Part shown: in pieces, positions 49,125 through 59,980 of the stretch
How the letters are laid out: each line of letters starts with the position of its first letter
How positions within the stretch are numbered: position 1 is the first letter of the stretch
DNA from: Candidatus Parcubacteria bacterium
Lineage (GTDB): Bacteria > Patescibacteriota > Saccharimonadia > UBA4664 > JBIOIQ01
Assembly (NCBI GenBank): GCA_963718875.1
Contig: OY970378.1
Coordinates: forward strand, 947,691 to 1,011,690
Direction of reading: 5' to 3'
DNA length: 64,000 bases
Translations under genes and position numbers: made by a program
The notes under the pieces: generated by a model
What the model was told of the DNA's origin: nothing
The model's input: only the letters and a program-made list of their open reading frames with translations
The model's database searches: none

Positions 49125-49958
49125 CTAGGTCAGCAATCGCTGTTTCTCGGCCGCGCGGTAAAGTTTTTCCCAATCATTTAAACTCAGCTCCTGTGCGCGA
49201 GCTGTAGGATTGAGCTTGGCCTGAACCAACAGTTGGCCCGTCATATCAACACTGGCATTTAAGCCACCAGCAAGTGCGTTTTTTAATTGCTTGCGCTTTT
49301 CGCTAAAACCAGCTTTTATGAGGCGGAACAGCTTGGTGGTATCGGCTTCAAAAGCTGGTTTAGGGCGTCTTACAATTTGTAAAATGGCTGAATCTACTTT
49401 GGGGGCTGGCCAGAATTTATGGCGCTCTACGACACCAACTAAGCGAGCCTGGGCGTAGTATTGGACTGATAGTGCCAGGATGGAAAGCTGGCCTGGTTTT
49501 GCCACTACCCGGGCAGCCACCTCTTTTTGAACAAGCAGTGACATAACCGTTGGCGGATTGGAGTTTTCGAGCAAAAGACGAAATATTTTTGAGGTTAGAT
49601 AGTATGGTAAATTTGCTACGACTTTATATGACTCCCCCATTTGACTTAAGTCAAAATGCAGGATATCCTCCGACCGAACGTCGAGGTTTGAAGCAGCGTC
49701 TTTTGCCAGTAATTCCGCTAGAGCTCGATCGGCCTCTACTGCCACCACTGACTTGCAAGAACTTGTTAAAAGGTTAGTCATTACGCCTAAGCCCGGTCCT
49801 ATTTCCAGTACCGTGTCATCGGGTTGAAGTTCTGCGGCAGCAACCACAGTCATGAGCGCGTCTTTATCAATTAAAAAATGCTGGCCCAGCCCCTTGTTTG
49901 GTGATATACCGGCCAGCCTCATAGCAATCCGTAAATCTTCGAGCTGACTTAAATCCAT
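49125..49958 (-). CDS. rsmA: 16S rRNA dimethyltransferase RsmA/KsgA
   Basis: LGQHFL, EIGPGLG, ANLPY, QKEVA, PKVDS. Confidence 0.96.
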   Translation of the reverse strand: MDLSQLEDLRIAMRLAGISPNKGLGQHFLIDKDALMTVVAAAELQPDDTVLEIGPGLGVMTNLLTSSCKSVVAVEADRALAELLAKDAASNLDVRSEDILHFDLSQMGESYKVVANLPYYLTSKIFRLLLENSNPPTVMSLLVQKEVAARVVAKPGQLSILALSVQYYAQARLVGVVERHKFWPAPKVDSAILQIVRRPKPAFEADTTKLFRLIKAGFSEKRKQLKNALAGGLNASVDMTGQLLVQAKLNPTARAQELSLNDWEKLYRAAEKQRLLT

Positions 49959-50001
49959 ATATCAAGTTTACCTTAAACCTGGCGTAAGCTCTAATCTGGG
50001 A

Positions 50002-51114
50002 CTAAATCATTTTACTCCAACAGCTCTTTGAGGCCAACCAGGGTGCTGTAGCGTTTTTTTGTGCTAAACGTCCAGCGGTCGCCTCAATTTGGGCGGGACC
50101 GTCAAAAATCGTACTCATGGGGTGGCCGTAAGATTTCCAAGTAGCTGCACTGTACTGGTAAAGGCCAAAGTGACTGCCGTTGGAAGCGTTGGCATCGCCA
50201 CGCGACTCACAATGCATTATGGCAAGCATCAAATTTGGGTCAACCCCCCACCGGGCCGCAGACTCTAAAACAAATGGGCGCCAGTGCTCAATCGAGCCAG
50301 AAAAAGCTACTTTTGTACCAGCCACCACAATTTGATTTACTGGTTCTTGTTGCCCCGTCACGGCCAAAACTATGCGCGATTTTTCGACTCCATTCTCATA
50401 ATGAATCCGATAGCTTACTTGCCGACGTCCGTTAACTCCAGCGACCTGAACTATTGAAACCCCCTTTGGCTGGTTGGGGTCTGTAACTGTTTTCGAGGTA
50501 AAGGGTATAACTTCGGTCACGTCAACATCGGTGTCAGTCACGCGAGTAATACTAACGGTAATACCATTTACAATCGGCGCGTCTAAGGCCGGTTGAATAG
50601 TATCTTTACTCCCTAGTTGAATGCCCGCGTCTGCTAAAAGCTTACCAACCGATGAGGCATGGCTACGGACGGTGTCTGTTTTGCCGTCGGCGCTTAACGT
50701 GATTGGCGTTGCCCGTTTGATAACTACTTGTTGTCCCACGGCAGGGGCGCTGACAAAGTCTTGGACTCGGCTGGCATCGGCTTCGTCCTCAGGGTAAAGC
50801 TTAATGCCTGCGTCTTCGGCGATCAAACGGGGAGAACGATGGGCGCTGGTAACAAGTTTTGACTGCTCGCCATCTAACACGCGGTAAACTTCTGCACGGT
50901 AGACATTAACGTTAAAAAAGCCATTAGGTAGAGCTGTTTGGGGAGCTGGTTCTACAAGGTCATTAGCCCCTACGCTTATACTAGCGCGGTCTAATACTTC
51001 CTCTACCGTATCGACGTCAGTCGTAACAATGCGAGTGCGGCCGTCTGAAGTAATACTAACAACTTTATGAGTTTCGGCCATGGCCAAATTGCGAACTGGA
51101 ATGTGGTCGGCCAC
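50002..51114 (-). CDS. DUF348(x3)-G5-lytic transglycosylase (RpfB/YabE-like); true start probably upstream
   Basis: Ubiquitin-like repeats, G5 (GVNG...IVVAGTK), CESRG...GLYQY. Confidence 0.88.
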   Translation of the reverse strand: MADHIPVRNLAMAETHKVVSITSDGRTRIVTTDVDTVEEVLDRASISVGANDLVEPAPQTALPNGFFNVNVYRAEVYRVLDGEQSKLVTSAHRSPRLIAEDAGIKLYPEDEADASRVQDFVSAPAVGQQVVIKRATPITLSADGKTDTVRSHASSVGKLLADAGIQLGSKDTIQPALDAPIVNGITVSITRVTDTDVDVTEVIPFTSKTVTDPNQPKGVSIVQVAGVNGRRQVSYRIHYENGVEKSRIVLAVTGQQEPVNQIVVAGTKVAFSGSIEHWRPFVLESAARWGVDPNLMLAIMHCESRGDANASNGSHFGLYQYSAATWKSYGHPMSTIFDGPAQIEATAGRLAQKNATAPWLASKSCWSKMI

Positions 51115-51499
51115 AAAAGCTGATCCGAGAGTGGCGGCAATTATGCCGCCGACGATTATTAACTTTGCCTTAGTGTTAGCGTGCCTCCAGGCAGCTAATC
51201 GAATCCGAATAAATGTACTTAAAATAGAAGCCTCTATGGTTATCTGTGGGGCTTTTATGTTAAGTTTGTGTTTTTTGACTAGTAAAGTTTAACGTACTTA
51301 TGCTTAAGTACAGTTTTTATTGTATATCGACAGATTTGGTCTGTCAAATTGAGTGAGTTTTATCGCTTATTTTCTTTCTGGATTCCCTATCCTGAGCGCC
51401 AAGCTAGGCAATAGTTGAGCTTGTCTTTCCGGTAGGGAATGACAAGTAAAGGTTCGGGATTTAAGGCTCAGATTTTGATCATAAACGTTTTCGGGTCTG

Positions 51500-53713
51500 C
51501 TAGTCTAGTTTTTCTATTGGCGCAAAACTGAGACTGAGTTTTTTACTGCCCACACCGGCAAACGCAGCCATAAGCTCATCTCCTGACAAACTTATTACTA
51601 TGCCGTCGCCAAATTTGGCGTGTCGTATGCGGTCACCTGGGCTGAAGTCTTCAGCTGTGAGTTGTGGGTTGTGAGTCAGATCGGACGTCCTACTCGTGAC
51701 TCTTGACTCAGGACTCACTACTGCAGTTTGCAGCTCCGCTGGGATGTCGAGTAAAAACCGCGACGGAGGATTACGCATGGTCGAACCATAAAGAAGACGG
51801 CTGCTGGCGTGAATCAAAAAAAGTTGTTGACGAGCACGAGTCATACCGACATAACAAAGTCGGCGCTCTTCTTCCATTTGGGATGCATCGTATAGACTGC
51901 GACTGTGCGGAAAAATTCCCTCTTCCATGCCGGGCATAAAAATTACCGGAAACTCTAATCCCTTGGCAGAGTGTAGCGTCATGAGTGTTACGGCATTGGT
52001 GTCTGTAGCATAATTGTCGACATCACTAATAAGGGCCACCTCCTCCAAGAAGGTGGCCAGTCCGCCGTTACCAAATTCCTCGGCCACACTTAGCAACTCT
52101 TTGACATTTTCTATTCGATCACCCGCCAGTACTGACCCGTCATCCAGATGTTCCAGGTATCCGCTCTTCTTTATGGTTAGCTCAAGCAGCCCTGCAACGC
52201 TGAGCCTTTCGACTGCCTGTCGCAAGCTGGTTATGAGTTGTCCGAACTGCATAAATGACTGTGTGGCCCGGGGAGTTAGTCCAGGCACGCGGTCTGCTTC
52301 TAGTAGGCTCGTTAAGAGGATGGGTCTAGCTGAGCCAGACAGCCTGGCTTGCTGAAGATGGTCGAGAATGGTGGCAATGCTTTTGGCGCCTAAACCACGC
52401 GGCGGCAAGTTGACGATTCGTTCAAAACTGACTGTATCTTCAGGTTGATAAATAAAGCGCAGGTAGGCCAAAGCGTCTTTGATCTCTTTGCGCTCATAGA
52501 AGCGCACCCCTCCAACAATCTTGTATGGCACCTGTGCCCTTAAAAACTGCTCTTCCAGAGCGCGTGATTGGGCGTTAGTGCGATACAACACTGCAAAATC
52601 CTTGTAAGAGCTTACTGCTGGCGAGGCTTGCGAATCAAGACCAGGTATTGAAGACGGTCTTAAAACCTGGTCTTTTATTCGGTTGACAATTAGTTCACCC
52701 TCTTGAATTTCGTTATAAGCCTGCTCCACGCTTATGGAAGCACCAGCTGAATGCTCCGTCCAGAGTTCTTTGTGACTGCGCTGAATGTTTTTACTTATAA
52801 CACTGTGGGCGGCATCCAAGATGTTTTTGGTGGAACGATAATTTTGCTCCAGTTTAATAATGTTTGCCTTGGGATAATCTTTTTCAAAATCCAAGATATT
52901 CTTAAAATTAGCCCCTCGCCAACTATAAATACTTTGCCAATCGTCACCAACTACGCAGATGTTTTGATGGGCAGCGGCGAGTAGCTTAACTAATTGATAC
53001 TGCGCATGGTTAGTGTCTTGGTATTCATCAATCATGATGTAACGAAATTGCTGCTGATACTTTTCAAGCATTGGTTGGTGCTTACGAAACATTGTGACGG
53101 TACTCATAATAATGTCGTCAAAATCGAGTGCGCCGGCTTGGTTGAGCAGGCTTTGATAAAGTGGGTAGACTTTGGCGGCGATATTTTGAGCTTGCCCAGA
53201 AGCCAGCTCTGCATAAGCGATGGGGCCAATAAGCTCATTCTTGGCGCTGGAAATGAGGTTTGCGATTAGGCTCGGTGGAAACTGCTTTTCGTCAATGCCG
53301 AGCTGACGATAAGCCTGCTTGATGACGGCTAGCGAGTCGCCCATATCAAAAATGACAAAGTTGCTGGCTACGCCCGCTTGGGTAGCTTCCCGACGTAAAA
53401 GCCGAACACAAATGGAGTGAAATGTACCCATGAAGGGCAGATACCCACGGTCAAGACCAGGTCTTGTGGTTTCAAGACCTGGTCTTAATAAACTCAATAC
53501 GCGTTCGCGCATTTCACCAGCAGCTTTATTAGTAAAAGTTACCGCCAAAATGTTGGTTGGGGGTATATGCTTTTGTGATACCAGGTAGGCAATGCGGTGA
53601 GTTAGTGCCTTGGTCTTACCGCTACCGGCACCAGCTAGCATTAATACGGGGCCCTCTGTAGTCTGAACAGCCGCTTTTTGTTGAGGATTTAGGTCTGCTA
53701 ACAAATTGTTCAT
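51500..53713 (-). CDS. pcrA: ATP-dependent DNA helicase PcrA/UvrD with three repeat-derived insertions
   Basis: AGAGSGKT, DEYQD, QNYRS, HSAKGLEF, EERRLCYVGMTRA. Confidence 0.95.
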   Translation of the reverse strand: MNNLLADLNPQQKAAVQTTEGPVLMLAGAGSGKTKALTHRIAYLVSQKHIPPTNILAVTFTNKAAGEMRERVLSLLRPGLETTRPGLDRGYLPFMGTFHSICVRLLRREATQAGVASNFVIFDMGDSLAVIKQAYRQLGIDEKQFPPSLIANLISSAKNELIGPIAYAELASGQAQNIAAKVYPLYQSLLNQAGALDFDDIIMSTVTMFRKHQPMLEKYQQQFRYIMIDEYQDTNHAQYQLVKLLAAAHQNICVVGDDWQSIYSWRGANFKNILDFEKDYPKANIIKLEQNYRSTKNILDAAHSVISKNIQRSHKELWTEHSAGASISVEQAYNEIQEGELIVNRIKDQVLRPSSIPGLDSQASPAVSSYKDFAVLYRTNAQSRALEEQFLRAQVPYKIVGGVRFYERKEIKDALAYLRFIYQPEDTVSFERIVNLPPRGLGAKSIATILDHLQQARLSGSARPILLTSLLEADRVPGLTPRATQSFMQFGQLITSLRQAVERLSVAGLLELTIKKSGYLEHLDDGSVLAGDRIENVKELLSVAEEFGNGGLATFLEEVALISDVDNYATDTNAVTLMTLHSAKGLEFPVIFMPGMEEGIFPHSRSLYDASQMEEERRLCYVGMTRARQQLFLIHASSRLLYGSTMRNPPSRFLLDIPAELQTAVVSPESRVTSRTSDLTHNPQLTAEDFSPGDRIRHAKFGDGIVISLSGDELMAAFAGVGSKKLSLSFAPIEKLD

Positions 53714-53883
53714 ACCATAAATTCGAAACCTTGAGCGTAGTCGAAGGGTTGAGGATTAAGTTCAGCTAATAAAACGGTCATTTGTCTATTGTACGTTGCC
53801 AAGCAAAGGAGAGGAAGGCTTGACAATAGACGAAAGAGGCAGTTCAATAAAGTTGACTCATTCGCTAGCGAGGGAAGTTACGT

Positions 53884-54216
53884 ATGTCTAGAGTAGTAGC
53901 ACCACCTGCCCACAGAGTCATTGACGTATCGTCTGATACAGACGCTGAGGGATGGGACCTTCTGGATACAGAGGACCACCCTCTACCCCGCTGGGCCACC
54001 ATCTTCGCAGCAGTTAGGGACAGGGGCCCTCTGGTATTCCGGTACAGGAGGATCGCGGATGGAACCGAAGGCTTCGAAGAGCTGTTCCTCTGGGACATCA
54101 AGCTGGATGGGAACGTCCTTGGAGGGGTCAACTCGGATCGCACTCGTAGGGTCACCATGCTGCTAGGAGTCAACGGCATTCCGGTATCCATCCAGTTCAG
54201 GCCGAACCTCGCCTGA
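53884..54216 (+). CDS. Hypothetical protein
   Basis: TTGACA upstream, GAGGG RBS, terminator at ~54262-54292. Confidence 0.6.
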   Translation: MSRVVAPPAHRVIDVSSDTDAEGWDLLDTEDHPLPRWATIFAAVRDRGPLVFRYRRIADGTEGFEELFLWDIKLDGNVLGGVNSDRTRRVTMLLGVNGIPVSIQFRPNLA

Positions 54217-54291
54217 TCTTTCCTCCATACTCTGCCCCGTTCGCCGACTCCACGCATCAGGCGTGAACCCCGGTAACGGGGCTCACGTTTT

Positions 54292-54477
54292 TTAATATCT
54301 AGAGATATCGATTGACTTAGTCGACTTAGGCGAGGGCTTATCGGTAGTTTTTCTTAAATTAACGGTTCCTGGCGGCCGCTTTGCAGCTTTTTTCTTAGCG
54401 ACAAGAGTACCGCAACCCAGGCACATGTGGCCGGGTTTTGCCAGGACCATTGGATTTTGACAATCGGGGCAGTTCAT
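54292..54477 (-). CDS. Small zinc-ribbon protein
   Basis: CPDC...CLGC with a basic tail; directly after tpiA. Confidence 0.65.
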   Translation of the reverse strand: MNCPDCQNPMVLAKPGHMCLGCGTLVAKKKAAKRPPGTVNLRKTTDKPSPKSTKSIDISRY

Positions 54478-54479
54478 AA

Positions 54480-55271
54480 CTATGCCGCTTCCGCACCTGC
54501 CACAGCTTGGGCGGTTTTAATCATTGAGGCAAACTCTTCATAATTAAGGCTTGCTCCCCCTACCAATAATCCATCTACCCCCGGCAATTCAACATAGGCT
54601 CGCGTATTGTCGGGGTTACAGCTGCCTCCATACAAAACCAAGGCACTTGTACCGTAACCCTCGCCGTACAAATCTTCTATCGAGTCTCTAATAGATTGAA
54701 TCATGGGAGCGACTTCGTAGGGCTTGGCAAAGGTACCGTGCCCATCTCCGGAGCTAATAGCCCAGACAGGCTCATAAGTTATGATTATACTGCCCAACTC
54801 ATCGGCCGTTAGCATAGACAAGCACGCGGTCAGCTGGTCATTTACCACTCTACGAGAATGGCCTTGCATGCGGTCGGCTAATCTATCTCCTACGCATAGG
54901 ATTGGGGTTATATTGTGCCTGATGGCTGCCGCCACTTTCTTAGCTATAACGTCGTCGCGTTCGCCCTCTTCGCGTCGGCGCTCGGAATGGCCGATAATGG
55001 CGTATTCCACCATTCCATGCAACATGGCTGCAGATACCTCGCCTGTGTGGGCTCCAGCATCTTCGTGGTGAAGGTTTTGGCTACCCAGTTTAAACTTGGC
55101 ACTATTTAGGTCTTTGGCGACAGGATAAAGGTCAATATAGGGCGGACATATAATTACCCGCACATTGCGATCCGCTTCGACTTTTTTATCCAGCCTGTGA
55201 ACAAGCAGGCTAGCCTCATGAGGCGTTAAATTCATCTTCCAATTTGCGATTAAAAGTAACTTTTTGGCCAT
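54480..55271 (-). CDS. tpiA: Triosephosphate isomerase
   Basis: ANWKMN, GHSERR, YEPVWAI, YGGS, LVGGASL. Confidence 0.97.
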   Translation of the reverse strand: MAKKLLLIANWKMNLTPHEASLLVHRLDKKVEADRNVRVIICPPYIDLYPVAKDLNSAKFKLGSQNLHHEDAGAHTGEVSAAMLHGMVEYAIIGHSERRREEGERDDVIAKKVAAAIRHNITPILCVGDRLADRMQGHSRRVVNDQLTACLSMLTADELGSIIITYEPVWAISSGDGHGTFAKPYEVAPMIQSIRDSIEDLYGEGYGTSALVLYGGSCNPDNTRAYVELPGVDGLLVGGASLNYEEFASMIKTAQAVAGAEAA

Positions 55272-55571
55272 GATTGCTCTTTAAGAAATGCTTATGGCTA
55301 TTGTAACACAGGCCTTTTTTTATTTCTAAACCGTCGGCTGTCAGTCAAAATCTCTTGACCATGGTTGGTGGCTAATTTGCAAAAACTTCTTTTAATTATA
55401 TTGTCAGTGACAACTTTTTTATATCTGTATCCAACCCCTCCCGGGACTTAACTCTTTAGCCATATTACCTCTTCAAAAGTACTAATATATTAGTACTTTT
55501 GGTGATATAAAACGGCTAGAAGATATGCGGTGCTCTGCTTTCCAGCAAACGAGTTCAGGACGACAGCGGGA

Positions 55572-56729
55572 TTAAGCTTGCAGCGCTTCCAGGCCCGGCA
55601 TCGGTTTCCCGGCCATTAATTCAAGACTGGCTCCTCCACCAGTAGAAACAAAGCTAAACTTATCGTGCCAGCCCATGCCGTCAACATAATCGGCAGTGTC
55701 TCCACCCCCAATAATACTAAAGGCTCCTGATGCAAATATTCCTTCGGCCAAGCGTTTGGAGCCCATGCTGAATTGCTCCACTTCGGTAATCCCAAGCGGT
55801 CCGTTCCAAATTACTGTTCCTCCATCAATGGTAGCGAGGGCTGTGTCAATTGTTTCCGGGCCAAGGTCCACAATGTAATCATCCTTTGTCACGGCCGTAA
55901 CTGCCACCATCTTAGCCTCACCGGTTTCGTCGATGGTTTTAGACACAACAACATCCGTAGGTAAAATTATATTCATACCATGGCTGTCGGCCGTATCAAG
56001 CACATTTTGCGCCACCTGCTTTTCTGCTGGCTCATACAAACTTTTACCTATGGGGGTTCCTAGACTGGCCAGAAATGTGTTGGCCATTTCGCCGCCTATG
56101 AGCAGGTGATCAACTTTGGCAAGCAGGTTGTGGATAACGTCAATCTTGGTGGCAATTTTGGCTCCCCCTATGACTGCCAGTACCGGCCGCTTAGGATTTT
56201 CCATGGCCTTAGTGATGGTTTCGACTTCTAGTAGCACTTGGAGTCCGGCAGCGCTGGGTAGTATTTTGGGAATTCCCACCATTGATGCGTGAGCTCGGTG
56301 CATGGTAGTAAAGTCGTCGTCTACATAGACGTCTCCAAGGCTAGCCAGCAAATGGGCAAAACCTTCATCGTTAGCTTCTTCCTCGGGGTGAAAGCGGAGG
56401 TTTTCTAGCATAACCACCGACCCATTGGGGGCAGACTGAATAGTTTCGATGACGGTTGGCCCCACACAGTCGGGCACAAACGTGACTGGCTGGTTGAGCA
56501 GGGCGGCCAGAGCTTGAGCTACTGGGGCAAGACTTTGCCCCTCGTGACTGTGATGGCTCATTAGTACAACTTTGGCGTCATGCTCTAAGAGGTACTTAAT
56601 AGTCGGAACAGCCGCCTTAAGCCGCAAATCATCATCAACTTTTCCGTCTTCGATAGGGACATTGAGCGAGGCCCGGAGAAGAACAGTTTTATGTTTTACA
56701 TGGAGATCTTGGAGGGTTTTGAGTTTCAT
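55572..56729 (-). CDS. pgk: Phosphoglycerate kinase
   Basis: LENLRF, HRAHAS, GGAK, WNGP, STGGGASLE. Confidence 0.97.
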   Translation of the reverse strand: MKLKTLQDLHVKHKTVLLRASLNVPIEDGKVDDDLRLKAAVPTIKYLLEHDAKVVLMSHHSHEGQSLAPVAQALAALLNQPVTFVPDCVGPTVIETIQSAPNGSVVMLENLRFHPEEEANDEGFAHLLASLGDVYVDDDFTTMHRAHASMVGIPKILPSAAGLQVLLEVETITKAMENPKRPVLAVIGGAKIATKIDVIHNLLAKVDHLLIGGEMANTFLASLGTPIGKSLYEPAEKQVAQNVLDTADSHGMNIILPTDVVVSKTIDETGEAKMVAVTAVTKDDYIVDLGPETIDTALATIDGGTVIWNGPLGITEVEQFSMGSKRLAEGIFASGAFSIIGGGDTADYVDGMGWHDKFSFVSTGGGASLELMAGKPMPGLEALQA

Positions 56730-56828
56730 ATTAACTACAGTGTAACGGAAAACGATGGCGATTAAAAACGAAGAACCCCCGGTGACGCCTAAGCGTCGGG
56801 CCGGGGGTTTTCGTGTTCGATCGATGGA

Positions 56829-57131
56829 TCAGCTGAAGATGAGGGGCGAGATGGCCCAGAAGAAGGTGATGGTGCCGAGCATGGTGAAGATGATGACACC
56901 CCAGATGGTCCTCCAGCTGTCGTCCTTGGTGAAGAGGCGTGCGTGGAGGTAGACGCCCATGGTCGCGAACGCGACCAGGGCCTGAACCGCGTCGTAGGGG
57001 TGGGACGATCCGAGCTGGTCGCTCATGATCCGCGATGCGATCAGGATCGCGTTGACCGCGATCAGCGTGGCACGAACCGACCTTGATGCACGAATGTCCT
57101 GGTCGGCTTCTTGAGTGGGCGAAAGCATCAT
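56829..57131 (-). CDS. GC-rich three-TM membrane protein
   Basis: AAGGAGG RBS before ATG at 57131; terminator at 56773-56812. Confidence 0.7.
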   Translation of the reverse strand: MMLSPTQEADQDIRASRSVRATLIAVNAILIASRIMSDQLGSSHPYDAVQALVAFATMGVYLHARLFTKDDSWRTIWGVIIFTMLGTITFFWAISPLIFS

Positions 57132-57202
57132 GACGCATCCTCCTTGGGGAGCGTAGAGTTTGATCAGGTTTTCGATGAACACGAACGACAACAGGCTGTT
57201 TT

Positions 57203-58236
57203 CCTCCATTCCGTTTTGAATCAGGACAGTCAACCCGTAGAGTGTCATCATGGTAAAAGCTACTAAACTAACATCGGCAGAGCGTTCGGAAATAGAAATT
57301 CTTTTAAATAAAGGTCACACTCTTAGGGCCATTGGTCGGGCTTTGGGCCGGAGCCCCAATACCATCAGTGATGAGGTGAAGCGTAATAAGACCCCGGAAG
57401 GCTACAATGCCCGCATCGCCAAACAAAAAGCCTACGTCAAACGCAAGTATGCCAAGTACCAGGGCAAGAAGATCCAGGAGAATGATGATTTGCGCTGGTA
57501 CATCATTGTGCGCCTCATGGATGGCTGGAATCCCGATGAGATAGCGGGACGACTAAAAAAAGATCAGCACGGTTACTATGCCTCTAAGACAGCCATCTAC
57601 GAATGGCTCGACAGCGCCAGAGGGCAGAAGTACTGTGACTACCTGCCCTCCCGTAGGTACAGACCAAAGAAGCGCAAACCAAAGACCGATCGGGTGATGA
57701 TTCCAGATCGGGTGAGTATTACAGAGCGCCCCCATGAAGCTACCGTCCGGAGCGAAGTGGGCCACTATGAGGGGGATACCATCGTTAGCGGCAAGCGGAC
57801 TGGATCAAAAGCAGCAATCGTAGTGATTCAGGAACGAGTCACCAGACTGATTGCTGCTAGACCCATCCCAGACTTGTGTCCGGTGAGCTTTAATGGAGCC
57901 ATCAGCTCTTCCAAACTGGTCTTGCTCTCATCAGCAGTCTGACTCTCGACAACGGTATCGAGAACCGTTGGCACAGATTGCTCGATATGCTCGTTTTTTT
58001 CTGTGACCCCTATTCTAGCTGGCAAAAAGGAGGGGTGGAAAACGCCAACCGAATGATTCGGCACTACTTGCCCAAAGGCATGGATCTAGCCACCGTGACG
58101 AACAAAGAATTGCAGCGTATCATTACGATCATAAACAACAAACCCAGGAAGATCCTGGGATATATGTCCGCTATTGAAATGGCTAAAGAGAAAGGAGTTT
58201 TACGAGAGACTGTCCTGATTGAGGGGTGAATTCAGG
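57203..58236 (+). mobile_element. IS30-family insertion sequence
   Basis: Imperfect terminal IRs with perfect core AATCAGGACAGTC (57219-57231) / GACTGTCCTGATT (58208-58220). Confidence 0.85.
57250..58229 (+). pseudogene. IS30 transposase, frameshifted near 57900-57925
   Basis: HTH (LGRSPNTISDEVKRN), YEGDTIV, then LTLDNGIE and PYSSWQKGGVENAN in another frame. Confidence 0.9.
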
Positions 58237-58253
58237 ACTGTTTATCGTGTATT

Positions 58254-58282
58254 ATACTAGCATAAGTAGTTTAAAATGTCAA
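58254..58282 (-). promoter_or_regulatory. Sigma70 promoter separated from its gene by IS30
   Basis: TTGACA-N17-TAGTAT with extended TG. Confidence 0.55.
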
Positions 58283-58451
58283 TAGTTTATCAAGGTATCT
58301 ACTCACACCCCTTCTAACAAATCCGCTCACTCACGATTTGCATTCTGGCCTTCCTCTTCAGGATGACAATCGTGGGTGGGTGGTTTGACTGAAATTTGGT
58401 GCTTGGAATTTATTTGTAACTTGACCCTTGTATCTTGTTGCTTGCGTAAGC

Positions 58452-59855
58452 CTATTTAACCACTTCCACGCGCACCGTGTCGGTCTCACCACTTACCCCG
58501 GGCCGCTGGCCGGAAGCAATAACGACTGCCTCTCCCCTCTTAATATTGCCGGCCTTTTTGAGTTGGGCAATCACCTTGGCAGCGGCTTCCTTGGGCGAGT
58601 CGGCATAAAAAGACTTACATCCCCACAATAATGCCATCTGCTGATAAGTTGCTTGGTTATGAGTGATGGCAATTATTGGAACGGGTGGACGAAAACTGGC
58701 TAAGCTTCGGGCCGTTTGACCAGATGAGGTTTCGGCAATTATAGCTTTGGCGCCCGTAATTTGAGCCAAAGTTATGGCAGCCTGAGAAATATCGCCCGGT
58801 CTAGATTCGCGGGAAGGAATAATATTTGACGCTCTAGTAACCGCCTGGGTCGCTACAATAATCCGCTTCATTGTAGCAACAGTGGCAATGGGATAGTCGC
58901 CAATAGTGGTTTCATCAGACAACATCACTGCGTCGGCTTTTTGCATAACAGCCGTGGCTACATCTGATACTTCGGCGCAAGTGGGTTGGGGCGCGTGCAT
59001 CATTGATAAAAGCATTTGAGTGGCGATAATTACCGGTTTTTGGTAGATTTGCCCATACTCCACCATTCGTTGTTGAATAGCAGGCACTTGCTCGGATGCA
59101 ATTTCTTGGCTTAAATCGCCTCGAGCTACCATAACGGCATCACTAACTTTAACAATCTCCTCCAGGTGCTCAACAGCCAACTTGGTTTCGACTTTGGTAA
59201 TAACCGCTGCGGCAGAGCCAGCTTTGTACAGGCGCCTCTTGAGGTTGGTGACATCGCCTGGACGCTGAACAAAAGATAAACCAATGTAGTCAGCCTGCTG
59301 ATCAATGCCAAAGGCCAGGTCGGCAGAATCTTTTACAGTAAAGGTGTCTTCGCCAAAGTCTGTATCAGGAAGGTTAATGCCCTTGCGGCTAGTAAGTATG
59401 CCTCCAGTTACAACGGTAGCGGTTATGACTCGTCCACGAACGCTTTTTACCTGCAAGCGAAATCTTCCGTCGGCTAAGGCAATGGCTTCGCCGTGCTTAA
59501 CCTTGCCCGCAATGTCATACTGGACCGGTAAAATGCCCGTGGTGCCATAGTTAGCCCCCAGAGCAAGTTGAATAGTTTTGCCCGGTGTTAAAATAACTCC
59601 TTCGGCCGGTAAATCGCCCATGCGGATTTTGGGGCCTTGCAGATCTACCAGGATAGATACCGGCTTTTTAAGCTCGGTTTGAACTTTTCGGCCCCACGCT
59701 ATGCGCCGGGAATGTTCAGTATGGTCACCGTGCGACATATTGAGGCGCAAACAATTGGCGCCAGCGGCTACAAGCTCTTTTATTGACTGATAACTGTCGG
59801 TAGCAGGTCCGAGAGTAACAACTAACTTGGTGCGTTTAAAATCAGTTGCTAGCAT
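58452..59855 (-). CDS. pyk: Pyruvate kinase
   Basis: RTKLVVTLGPA, RLNMSHG, DLQGPKIR, MVARGDL, ATQML. Confidence 0.96.
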   Translation of the reverse strand: MLATDFKRTKLVVTLGPATDSYQSIKELVAAGANCLRLNMSHGDHTEHSRRIAWGRKVQTELKKPVSILVDLQGPKIRMGDLPAEGVILTPGKTIQLALGANYGTTGILPVQYDIAGKVKHGEAIALADGRFRLQVKSVRGRVITATVVTGGILTSRKGINLPDTDFGEDTFTVKDSADLAFGIDQQADYIGLSFVQRPGDVTNLKRRLYKAGSAAAVITKVETKLAVEHLEEIVKVSDAVMVARGDLSQEIASEQVPAIQQRMVEYGQIYQKPVIIATQMLLSMMHAPQPTCAEVSDVATAVMQKADAVMLSDETTIGDYPIATVATMKRIIVATQAVTRASNIIPSRESRPGDISQAAITLAQITGAKAIIAETSSGQTARSLASFRPPVPIIAITHNQATYQQMALLWGCKSFYADSPKEAAAKVIAQLKKAGNIKRGEAVVIASGQRPGVSGETDTVRVEVVK

Positions 59856-59980
59856 AACTCAATTTTCATTTTTACAAGTTTCATTTTTTTAGTCCCGATT
59901 GTTTACTGTTTAATTCCGATCTGCTATGAGCTAATTATAAGCATAAGCGGCGCTAAGTCATACGGTATAATGCCGTTATT

